Shown in pieces: positions 9,803-18,246 of a stretch of DNA of 32,000 bases. The stretch spans positions 30,001 through 62,000 of the forward strand of contig JBBISB010000002.1 in the NCBI GenBank assembly GCA_037441475.1. The letters run 5' to 3'. The stretch is from Candidatus Iainarchaeum sp. GTDB lineage: Archaea; Iainarchaeota; Iainarchaeia; Iainarchaeales; CSSED10-239. Below the pieces are notes generated by a model that was given only the letters and a program-made list of their open reading frames with translations, searched no databases and had not been told where the DNA came from. Numbering within the stretch: position 1 is the first letter of the stretch; the number at the start of each line of letters is the position of its first letter. The translations under genes and the position numbers were made by a program.

Positions 9803-11612
9803 AATTTTTATGCTTTGTTCTAATTACTCCTGTTGCAAGTAAAACTATTAAAAGTAAAGCTAAAAAGATTATTCCAAGCATAATAGATTTACCTAAAGTG
9901 AAAAAACCTGTAATTGGGATTTTTCCTTCATCCTCATACTCTACTTGAGCATCTGTTACTTTTAAAAGAACAGGTTTTGATAAAATTGCACCAGAGTTAC
10001 TGTAAAAGATTATATTTGCATTATACTCTTGAACAGGTATATTACCAACAATTATCTTTCCTGAAATTGTTCTTGATGTCTTTGAAGGGATGTATGTATA
10101 TTGAGTAAGCTCATAACTTACATCTTGACCTAAACCAGTTATATCTATTCTTGAAATAACTATGTCTCTATCATCAAAGTTATAAACCTCAAAGGAAAAA
10201 TTCTTTGTTCCGTTTACATCTACTGAAAGCTCAGTTGGGAAAGATAAAAAGTCTATCTTAAAGATATCTCTTTGTCTAAAAGTTATAACATCTAGATTAA
10301 ATCTTTTTGAATAATCGTTTGAAGAGTTTCTTGCAATTAAAGAAATTTGACTATTCTTTTCTAAGGTATTAACACCAGCAGAGATATTGAAGGAAACAGT
10401 TGTCTTTGTATGTGGGGAAACTGTTACTCTCTCTGTCATATTGTTTACCTTTATGTCGTTTGATAAATCAAAGTCAAAGTAAATTGTTTCTAAAACATCA
10501 CCATTATTCTCAATAACAGCTGTTATGTTATATGTCTTACCAATCTCTAAAAGAACAGAAGACTGTAAAAGTCTTAATTCAAGATTACTTTCAGGAGAAA
10601 GTAAAAACTTTAAGTTTCTTGTAACTGTTGTTCTTTCATCAAAGAAGGAAAGATTTACAGGGTAATCACCAGACTTAATATCCTTTGAAGCATAGAAGGT
10701 TAAAGTAACTTCCTTTACTTCACCAGGAGAAAGTCTTAACTCTCTGTTTGAAAAAGTAATATCTAAGATGTTCTGTGACTCTTGAGATATAAAGATATGT
10801 TTATTTTTATTTGAGATGTTTTTAACAGTATACTTTAAAGTGTAAAGTACTTCTTTTTTAAGAACATGTGTGGTTGCTTGTCCACCTGTAACTGTAAAGT
10901 CGGGTTTTAAAACCTCTTGACATTCTGAAACATAGACATTAAATACTTTTTTTGAAACTAAAATATCGTTTGATATATTTAAGGTTATTTTATGACTACC
11001 AGTTGATGAGTTAAAAGTTTCGATCTGTAAAGGAATCTCAACATCATCCTTTAAATATTTTTGATTTGACCCCTTGATGTTTGCAACAATAGTATCGCTT
11101 GATAAAGAAAGGTTATAGAAACCATTTGAAGAGACGTCATCAAAAATTAAAGCTACTTCTTGAGAAGAGTTGTTACAGTAAGAGTATCTTGATAAATCAA
11201 CTTCAAACTTACCATCATCTGTTTGATCATCAACATCTATCCTTAGTAAATAATTTTTAATATCATTTGTTTTCATGTCCTTTACATAAAACTTAATGTT
11301 TGAAGAACCATCATCAATTGCTTGAACAGTAAATGAACTTTGAATAGATGAATATGCATTTAACTTAAAAGTTCTTGAAAAATCACATATAAGTTCATCC
11401 TCATCACACTCAGTGTAGACAAGGATGTCCTGTATTGAACTGTTGTTATTCTCTAAGGTATAGTTTATCTTTAAAGAACCATTATCCATCATAGAGTAAC
11501 TTGTTTTTTCAAAATTAACGTTAATAAGATCTATTGGTGCTGCAAATAGAGTAGCACTGAAAAATGCTAAAACTATTAGAACAATCCCAAATACTATATA
11601 TTTTTTATTCAT
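9789..11612 (-). CDS. Exported, C-terminally membrane-anchored protein with multiple Ig-like/NEW3-type beta-sandwich domains
   Basis: N-term signal segment MNKKYIVFGIVLIVLAFFSATLFAAP; repeated NNSS/..SPGEVKEVTLTFYA..KSGDYPVNLSF patterns; C-term TM LGKSIMLGIIFLALLLIVLLATGVI plus basic tail. Confidence 0.75.
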   Translation of the reverse strand: MNKKYIVFGIVLIVLAFFSATLFAAPIDLINVNFEKTSYSMMDNGSLKINYTLENNNSSIQDILVYTECDEDELICDFSRTFKLNAYSSIQSSFTVQAIDDGSSNIKFYVKDMKTNDIKNYLLRIDVDDQTDDGKFEVDLSRYSYCNNSSQEVALIFDDVSSNGFYNLSLSSDTIVANIKGSNQKYLKDDVEIPLQIETFNSSTGSHKITLNISNDILVSKKVFNVYVSECQEVLKPDFTVTGGQATTHVLKKEVLYTLKYTVKNISNKNKHIFISQESQNILDITFSNRELRLSPGEVKEVTLTFYASKDIKSGDYPVNLSFFDERTTVTRNLKFLLSPESNLELRLLQSSVLLEIGKTYNITAVIENNGDVLETIYFDFDLSNDIKVNNMTERVTVSPHTKTTVSFNISAGVNTLEKNSQISLIARNSSNDYSKRFNLDVITFRQRDIFKIDFLSFPTELSVDVNGTKNFSFEVYNFDDRDIVISRIDITGLGQDVSYELTQYTYIPSKTSRTISGKIIVGNIPVQEYNANIIFYSNSGAILSKPVLLKVTDAQVEYEDEGKIPITGFFTLGKSIMLGIIFLALLLIVLLATGVIRTKHKNYVRN

Positions 11613-11664
11613 AAATAATCATTTTCCTTTTTTATCTATTTTTAGAAATTTAATATAAACACTA

Positions 11665-12483
11665 TTAATTTATTTTCCTATGAACATGTCTTAAGTATCT
11701 TGTAGCAAAAGACAAAACTAAGATTATTAAAAGAACAACTAAAAGAATCTTGAAGTAAACTGACTCTATAAAGTTATCTGCCCAGTTAAGGGAGATGTAA
11801 CCAGACATTTTAACTGGTTTTTTAACTTCAATCTCTTTGTTTAAAATAACATTATTACAGCTGTATTTTATGTTAAGAAGATTATCATTTACAGAAACAA
11901 CTGTTTCGTAAGAAAAATCACTTTTACCTAAAACAACAACTTCTTTTTCTTCAGAAAAAGAAGAGCCTTTAATCTCTTTAATGGTTACTGCTTCTTGAGA
12001 ATTATTAGGGTTTTTAAATAACATTTTAAGAGAATAGTTGTTTCCCTCTAGATACTCATAAGAAACATCTAAAGAAACATCACATTTTTTATTAAAAGCT
12101 TGCTCTATTGTAAAGTATTCAACATATCTATGGTTTGCAAAAGAAGTTTCAAGGCTTGCTGTGTATAAAACACCTGTTGAGTCTTCTATTGGAAAAATCT
12201 TGTATTTAACTGTTTTATATTCGTTTGCTGGTATAAACACCTTTTCAGTAGAAAGTTCTGACTTGAAAGGAGAAGTATTAAGTTTAAGTGTGAAGTATAC
12301 ACCTTCGTTTAAAAAATTATAAAGAACAACCTCTTTTTCAACAGCTTTATCTGTTAAGTAGACGTTTTTTGAAAGAGAAACAACAGAATTTGCTCCTTGA
12401 AGGGATGATGAGAAAACTAAAGTTATGATTAATGAGGCTAATATAAAAACCATTAGATTTCTTATATATAATTTCATATTCAT
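11665..12483 (-). CDS. Exported, C-terminally membrane-anchored Ig-like protein, same architecture as the neighbour
   Basis: Signal segment LMVFILASLIITLVFSSSLQGA, beta-rich region, C-term TM YFKILLVVLLIILVLSFATRYLRHVHRKIN. Confidence 0.7.
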   Translation of the reverse strand: MNMKLYIRNLMVFILASLIITLVFSSSLQGANSVVSLSKNVYLTDKAVEKEVVLYNFLNEGVYFTLKLNTSPFKSELSTEKVFIPANEYKTVKYKIFPIEDSTGVLYTASLETSFANHRYVEYFTIEQAFNKKCDVSLDVSYEYLEGNNYSLKMLFKNPNNSQEAVTIKEIKGSSFSEEKEVVVLGKSDFSYETVVSVNDNLLNIKYSCNNVILNKEIEVKKPVKMSGYISLNWADNFIESVYFKILLVVLLIILVLSFATRYLRHVHRKIN

Positions 12484-12714
12484 AAACTCTCCTTATTTTT
12501 TTTAATTAATAAAAATTATTTTTGTAAAAGAACATTTTTTTGTAAACTTAAAAGAAAAAAACCTTTTAAAAAAACTTGGCATAAAAGAAAGGTAGGTGAG
12601 ATGATCTTTTGTAAATAAAAGATTAACTTATTAACTGTAAGATATTTGTTTATTATATATCTTAAGAAGAAAAAGATTTATAAAGGAATCTAATTATTAT
12701 GTATAGTTAAATAA

Positions 12715-13056
12715 TTACTTATATTTAAATATTTTATTATATTCCTTATGATCAGTAACAGATATTAAAAAAATTATTAACTCAGTACTTTCAGGACCAT
12801 TTCTTAAAGTATAAAGAAGCCTCCAAAAAAGAGGTAACTTAACCCTATAAAGATTATTAATTCCATATTTATTAATATAAATAATAGGAATTTTATTTTT
12901 TGAAATTAGATCTCAAAATTGAGGATTCTCTTTTAATAAGTTTATTTTATATTCAATAGATTTAGATAATATTAAATCATTCTTAACAGAACTAGATTTT
13001 AGCAAATTATAAACCTTTAAAGCATCCTGTGAAAAAATAACTTTAACATCTCTCAT
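12715..13056 (-). pseudogene. RelE/ParE-type toxin-like gene interrupted by in-frame TGA at codon 48
   Basis: My translation: MRDVKVIFSQDALKVYNLLKSSSVKNDLILSKSIEYKINLLKENPQF*DLISKNKIPIIYINKYGINNLYRVKLPLFWRLLYTLRNGPESTELIIFLISVTDHKEYNKIFKYK*. Reading frame otherwise open; TGA at 12915-12913. Confidence 0.75.
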
Positions 13057-13364
13057 ATTTCCTTACCTTTCTTAATCTGCTGATCAAGTTTTTTATTTTT
13101 ATTGTAAATCCAGGTTATTCCTTTAATACCAACATATATCTTATTACTATTTTCTAGATATTCAAGAATATTTCTTAAAGTATAATGATTCACTTTTTTA
13201 GGTAAAGCTCTTTTAATGTCTGAAACTTTAAAAACACTCTCTGGAATTTCTTGTAAAGTCTTTTCAACCATTAAAATTGTATTTAAGGTTGGAGAGTAAA
13301 TTAATTCAGTTGATTTAAGCTTAGATGTTTTTGGTTTATTTTTAGAAGTAATTGTATATTTCAT
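13053..13364 (-). CDS. Winged-helix-like protein, likely antitoxin/regulator partner of the RelE-like gene
   Basis: C-terminal KVSDIKRALPKKVNHYTLRNILEYLENSNKIYVGIKGITWIYN looks like a wHTH; overlaps the downstream toxin frame by ATGA. Confidence 0.6.
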   Translation of the reverse strand: MKYTITSKNKPKTSKLKSTELIYSPTLNTILMVEKTLQEIPESVFKVSDIKRALPKKVNHYTLRNILEYLENSNKIYVGIKGITWIYNKNKKLDQQIKKGKEI

Positions 13365-13382
13365 ATCTAATCAATAATTAAA

Positions 13383-13400
13383 AGTTATTTTTTAATAACT
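13383..13400. promoter_or_regulatory. Palindrome between a TATA-like box and the antitoxin-like gene start; candidate operator
   Basis: AGTTATTTTTTAATAACT (arms AGTTATT/AATAACT); ATTATATACT at 13401-13410 reads AGTATATAAT on the minus strand. Confidence 0.35.
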
Positions 13401-13440
13401 ATTATATACTTAGAAATATTTAAAAATAGATGTTTTATTT

Positions 13441-13456
13441 GGTTTTAAAAAAAACC
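13441..13456 (-). terminator. Short hairpin immediately downstream of smc
   Basis: GGTTTT-AAAA-AAAACC, eight nt beyond the smc stop; T-tract in the loop/3' side on the minus strand. Confidence 0.35.
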
Positions 13457-13463
13457 TTAAAGT

Positions 13464-16400
13464 TCATTTAAGATTTAAACCAATAATAGAAGTATGCTCT
13501 TTTAAAGTAACACCAATAATCTGGTCTGCACCAGAAACAAAGGCACCATTGTGAGAGACAGAAACAATTGTGGTTTCCTTTGCAAGCTCTTTTATAAAAT
13601 TAAGAAGAGTTAAGGCATTTATATCATCTAAAGCAGCATCAACCTCATCTAAGATATAGAAAGGAGCTCTTTTATAAGCATAGAGAGAAAAGATAAAGGC
13701 CAAGGCTGTTATTGTCTTTTCTCCACCAGACATAATATCAATATCCTTTGTTTTACCGTTCTTTGTAATATTAATTAAAAGCTTACTCTCTAATGGATTT
13801 GCACCTTCTAAGACAAGCTCACCAGATAAAAGCTTTGACATTTTTTTAATAATATCCTTAAACTCTTTGTTTATCTTATTAAAGCAATCTATAAAGACAG
13901 TTTGTTTTTTCATGTTAATCTCGTTTAACATGTTTTCAACTTCATCTTTTTCTTTTAAAAGAACAGTGCATTTTTCTAAAATCTCATCATACTCTTTTGC
14001 AAGCTTATCATAGGAATCAATAGCATTGAAGTTTATGTTACCTAAGGAGTTTTTATCTCTTTTAACTTTCCTTAACTCAGAGTTGATTTCCTCAAAGGAG
14101 ATATCCTCGATTAATACCATGTCCTCTTTTTTAATATCCATAAGCTTTAGGTTCTGCTCAACTTGGTTTGCTTTACTTTGGTTTGTTGAGATCATTATTC
14201 TTATGTTGTTTAAAGAAAGATTAAGGTCAGAGCTGTCAGTATCATAGAGATAGATGTTTTGAGAAATTTCAGTTATTCTTTTTGTAATCTCTTGCTTTTC
14301 TGTGTAAAGTTTATTTTTCTTTAGGTCTTGCTCTTCAAAGTCCTTTGAGATTTTTAAAAGTCTATTATCAACATCTTGTTTCTTATCTTCAAGCTTTGTA
14401 ATCTCTTCTTTAATCTCTTTTAATTTTTCTAAGTTTCTATTAATGTATTCTTTTTTATTAAGTATCTTTTCCTCTAAGATTCTTTCATCTGAGGACTTAG
14501 AAATTAAACTTTGCTCTAAAAGATTAATCTCAGCTAAAAGATCATCATACTCGTTTCTTAAGGTGTCGTTTATACTTACGTTAAACTTCTTAAGCTTATG
14601 CTCAAGCTCTTCTTTCTTTAAAGAAACCTCTTTAATTTCAGTTTCAAGAGAAGATATTTCCTTTTCTGTTTTGGAAATATCACCAGTTACTCTTAGGATA
14701 GTGGTTTGATTGGTTTTAGTTAAACTCTCTTCATTTAACTTCTCTGTCAAGTCTTTTTTAATTGCAAGTTTTGTATTGATGTCTATCTTTAAGAGGTTAA
14801 GTTTATCTTTTGATTTTTTAATATCTTGAGATAAAAGATTGTTTTCAGAAATTGTTTTTTCTAAAGACTCTTTACTCTCTCTTAAAAGATTCTCATGCTT
14901 TACAATTTCCTGCTCTAACTTTGTGGTGTCTTTGAAAAGTATTTTTTTAAAAGAAAAACCATCAAAGTAATAGTCCTTAAGGTGAAGGGAAGATGTTTTT
15001 GAATTTAAATTATTTTTAAAGAAGGAAGCAAGTTCTTTTTGTCCAAGATTTAAAGCACTTAAAATAACATAAGATAAATTATAATCACTGGAAGAGATAA
15101 TATGTTTAATGTCAGAATCATTTTCTAAAACAACATAAGATACATAGTAGGACTTCTGCACATCATCTAAGGTAATAACCTCATCTAAAAAACCTTTAAA
15201 GGAAGAATATTTTAATAACTTCTCTTTAATCTCTTTTCTCTTATCACTTATGTTTGCAGAAGAGGATAAGTCTTTTTTAAAAGAGGAAAGATCCATCTTT
15301 AAGTTATTAACTTTAGTTTCAAGTTCTTCTTTTTTAGAAAGATTATCTTCATATAATTTTTCTTTATCCAGACTTAATTTTTCAAGAGAAAAGATTTCTT
15401 TTTCAAGAGAGGATATTTCACTTGTAAGCTCTGTTGATTTTTTGGTGAAAGACTCAACTCTTTGGACGATCTCTTTATTTTGGTTTTCTAAACTTTCTTT
15501 TTGCAGAGAAAAGGCATTAAGTCTACTTTTCTTTTCAAAGAAAAGATCTTGTTTTTCATTTAATGTTTTGTTTTCAAAGGAAAGTTTTTCATAAAGCTCT
15601 TCTTGCATAGCTTTAATCTCCTCAAACTCTCTTTTTGTTTTATCAAGATTAACTTTTAATGACTCTCTTTTGATTTGTTTTTCTGAAATTTTATCCTTAA
15701 TATTTGAAAGTATTATTTTTATATCATCAACAGATTTTTTAAAATAAGATAACTCATCTGTCGCCTTATTGTTTTCAGAGGTTAAATAATTGTGATTGCT
15801 TTTTGCAGAATTAAGATTATTTGTAACAATCTCTTTTGTGGCATTAATCTCTGATAACTGCTTACCAATTGTGGTTTGTACCTTCTCAGAATGAGCTATT
15901 AGTTCTTGGTTTATAATCTCAAGCTTTTCTTCAAAAGACTTTACCTTTAACTTACCTTCTTGCTTTTCAATGGTTAAAAGTTTTAATTTTTCTTCCTTTT
16001 CTTCTAAGTCCACTTGATAGTCGTTAATCTCTTGAGTAAAGGCATCAATTTGTTTTTTATAAAGATTATAGTTAAGCTTATTTTCTTCCTTCTCTAACTG
16101 CTTATACTTGATGGCATTCTCTTTTTCTTCCCTTAACTGTTCAACATAAGGCTTTCTTTCGTTTAAAGCTATGTTTACCTTGTCAAGTCTTTCTTTTACT
16201 TTTTTTAAATTAACTTCAGCTTCTTTTTTTCTAGCATCAAAAAGAGAGATTCCTGAAACATCATCAATAATTGTTCTTCTCTCCTCTGAGTTGAGGTTAA
16301 TTATTTTTGTAACATCTCCTTGCTGAACTGTGTTAAAACCATCTGTGTCTAAACCAAGTTCATTAAGGTATGACATTATCTCGTGAAGAGCTTGTCTTTT

Positions 16401-16712
16401 ACCGTTTAAAGAAAAAATAGATTTCCCTTCTTTATCAATCTCTCTTGAAACTTCAATCTCTTGATCTTCATTTTTTAAAACAGCTCTAACAATTGAAGTG
16501 TTTGATTTTGTGTGGTGGTTTATAAGGTTTGTTAGTTTATCAACCCTTAATCTTTTTAAGGAAGTTGCACCAAAAACAAAAAGAATAGCATCAACAATAT
16601 TACTTTTTCCAGAACCGTTTGGACCAACTATAATATGTAGACCTTTATCAAAGGGAATTTTGGTATACTCAAAGGATTTGAAGTTTTTAATTGAAATTTC
16701 TTTTAATTGCAT
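13464..16712 (-). CDS. smc: Chromosome segregation protein SMC (1082 aa) with a divergent hinge
   Basis: Walker A GPNGSGKSNIVDAILFVFG, signature MSGGEKTITALAFIFSLY, Walker B APFYILDEVDAALD, flanking long coiled coils. Confidence 0.93.
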   Translation of the reverse strand: MQLKEISIKNFKSFEYTKIPFDKGLHIIVGPNGSGKSNIVDAILFVFGATSLKRLRVDKLTNLINHHTKSNTSIVRAVLKNEDQEIEVSREIDKEGKSIFSLNGKRQALHEIMSYLNELGLDTDGFNTVQQGDVTKIINLNSEERRTIIDDVSGISLFDARKKEAEVNLKKVKERLDKVNIALNERKPYVEQLREEKENAIKYKQLEKEENKLNYNLYKKQIDAFTQEINDYQVDLEEKEEKLKLLTIEKQEGKLKVKSFEEKLEIINQELIAHSEKVQTTIGKQLSEINATKEIVTNNLNSAKSNHNYLTSENNKATDELSYFKKSVDDIKIILSNIKDKISEKQIKRESLKVNLDKTKREFEEIKAMQEELYEKLSFENKTLNEKQDLFFEKKSRLNAFSLQKESLENQNKEIVQRVESFTKKSTELTSEISSLEKEIFSLEKLSLDKEKLYEDNLSKKEELETKVNNLKMDLSSFKKDLSSSANISDKRKEIKEKLLKYSSFKGFLDEVITLDDVQKSYYVSYVVLENDSDIKHIISSSDYNLSYVILSALNLGQKELASFFKNNLNSKTSSLHLKDYYFDGFSFKKILFKDTTKLEQEIVKHENLLRESKESLEKTISENNLLSQDIKKSKDKLNLLKIDINTKLAIKKDLTEKLNEESLTKTNQTTILRVTGDISKTEKEISSLETEIKEVSLKKEELEHKLKKFNVSINDTLRNEYDDLLAEINLLEQSLISKSSDERILEEKILNKKEYINRNLEKLKEIKEEITKLEDKKQDVDNRLLKISKDFEEQDLKKNKLYTEKQEITKRITEISQNIYLYDTDSSDLNLSLNNIRIMISTNQSKANQVEQNLKLMDIKKEDMVLIEDISFEEINSELRKVKRDKNSLGNINFNAIDSYDKLAKEYDEILEKCTVLLKEKDEVENMLNEINMKKQTVFIDCFNKINKEFKDIIKKMSKLLSGELVLEGANPLESKLLINITKNGKTKDIDIMSGGEKTITALAFIFSLYAYKRAPFYILDEVDAALDDINALTLLNFIKELAKETTIVSVSHNGAFVSGADQIIGVTLKEHTSIIGLNLK

Positions 16713-16808
16713 TAATAATCAGTATTTATAAGCATATTATAAGTTTTATACTAAAATATATTATACCAAAATATATTTAAATGCTACAATTAAAAAAAAA
16801 GAAAAAAA

Positions 16809-18101
16809 TTAGAAGAATGGTTTATTCTTCTTAATTTCTGTCATGCCATGCATATAAGGAACTAAAACATCAGGAATCTTTATGTTACCTTCTTTTGTTT
16901 GGAAATTTTCAATAATTGACACTAAAGTTCTCTGAGTTGGGATAGCTGTGTTGTTTAAGGTATGAACATAATACTTTTCTCCTTGCTTTGTTTTACCCTT
17001 TATGTTAAGACCAATGGCTTGTGCTTCTGTAAGGTTTGAACAAGAACCAAGCTCTATAAACCCATTTCTTCTTGGAGAGTGTGCTTCTAGATCTATTTGT
17101 CTGTATTTCATGTCTCCTAAATCTCCAGAACATATCTCTAAGATCCTTATAGGTAAGCCTAAGCCCTTAAAGATTTCTATAGAGTTGTTTCTAAGTTCCT
17201 CAAATATCTTAACAGAATCCTCTGGCTTACAGATAACAACTTGCTCTATCTTATCAAACTGATGAAGACGGAAAAGCCCTCTCTCATCAAGACCATGAGA
17301 GCCTATCTCTTTTCTAAAGCATGAGGTGTAAGAGTATAGCTTTAATGGTAAGTTTTCTTCATGGATTGTTTTATCCATAAACATTGAGATTAATGGATGC
17401 TCTGATGTTCCTATCATGTAAAGATCTTCATTTTCTATCTTATAGACCATATTTTTAAAGAAAGTAAAATCAATAACACCATCACATGCTTTTTTATTTA
17501 TCATCAATGGTGGAAGAACATATGTGTATCCTTTCTTTGCTAAGATATCTTGAGCATACCTTATTAAAGCATTGTTAAGTAAAGCAAGATCTCCTAAAAG
17601 ATAGTAAAAACCTTTACCTGAGTTTTCTCTTGAAGAATCAAAATCTACAATGTTTAGTTTCTCTGCAATTTCAGCATGTCCCTTAACTTCAAAATCAAAT
17701 TTTCTAATCTCTCCATACTCTTCAGTTACAAGATTTTCTTTATCGCTTTTACCTATTGGAGTTTCTTTACTTATTAGGTTTGGTATTTGGTTTAAGAGAG
17801 TATCAATTTCTTGTTTCTGTGTTTTTAAGACTTGATCTATTTCTTTTATTTTTTCAGGTAATGCCTTAACTTCTTCTAAAACATCAGTTGCATCTTCTTT
17901 GTTATGTTTTCTTTTTGCAACCTCTTCAGTTAAGATATTTCTCTGGTTTTTTAATTGATTTGCTTTTTTTAAAGTCTCCCTATATTCAATATCAAGAGAG
18001 ATTAATCTTTCTAAGGAAGAAACCTTATGCTCCTGAAATTTTTTCTTTAGATTTTCTATAACATTTTCTTTGTTTTCACGTATATATTTTATGTCAAGCA
18101 T
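16809..18101 (-). CDS. serS: Seryl-tRNA synthetase (bacterial/common type)
   Basis: MLDIKYIRENKENV N-terminus, coiled-coil arm, GTSEHPLISMF, SCFRKEIGSHGLDERGLFRLHQFDKIEQV, ICSGDLGDMKYRQIDLEAHSPR, TLNNTAIPTQRTLVSIIENFQ; AAAAGGAGG Shine-Dalgarno-like element upstream. Confidence 0.95.
   Translation of the reverse strand: MLDIKYIRENKENVIENLKKKFQEHKVSSLERLISLDIEYRETLKKANQLKNQRNILTEEVAKRKHNKEDATDVLEEVKALPEKIKEIDQVLKTQKQEIDTLLNQIPNLISKETPIGKSDKENLVTEEYGEIRKFDFEVKGHAEIAEKLNIVDFDSSRENSGKGFYYLLGDLALLNNALIRYAQDILAKKGYTYVLPPLMINKKACDGVIDFTFFKNMVYKIENEDLYMIGTSEHPLISMFMDKTIHEENLPLKLYSYTSCFRKEIGSHGLDERGLFRLHQFDKIEQVVICKPEDSVKIFEELRNNSIEIFKGLGLPIRILEICSGDLGDMKYRQIDLEAHSPRRNGFIELGSCSNLTEAQAIGLNIKGKTKQGEKYYVHTLNNTAIPTQRTLVSIIENFQTKEGNIKIPDVLVPYMHGMTEIKKNKPFF
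16812..16830 (-). terminator. Hairpin embedded in the last serS codons followed by a T-tract
   Basis: Minus strand GAAGAAT-AAACC-ATTCTTC then TAA and TTTTTTTCTTTTTTTTT. Confidence 0.55.
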
Positions 18102-18223
18102 AGTAATTTCCTCCTTTTACACTTTTTTGTTAAAATATATATATATTTAATATAGCAAAAGAAATATAAATAATGTTAAAAGTAGAAAAGGGAGGTTTAA
18201 AGTAATTTAAAAAAATTTAGAAC

Positions 18224-18246
18224 CTTAAATTTTTAAAAAAATTAAG
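18224..18246 (-). terminator. Imperfect hairpin overlapping the P-type ATPase stop codon, T-tract downstream
   Basis: CTTAAATTTTTAAAAAAATTAAG; AAATTTTTTT on the minus strand after it. Confidence 0.35.

Noticed and set aside
12913-12915. UGA recoded as glycine, as in some CPR bacteria
   Set aside because: TGA is used as a terminating codon at several genes here (for example 13053-13055 and 27660-27662) and the large housekeeping genes contain no in-frame TGA; a single mutation is the simpler explanation.
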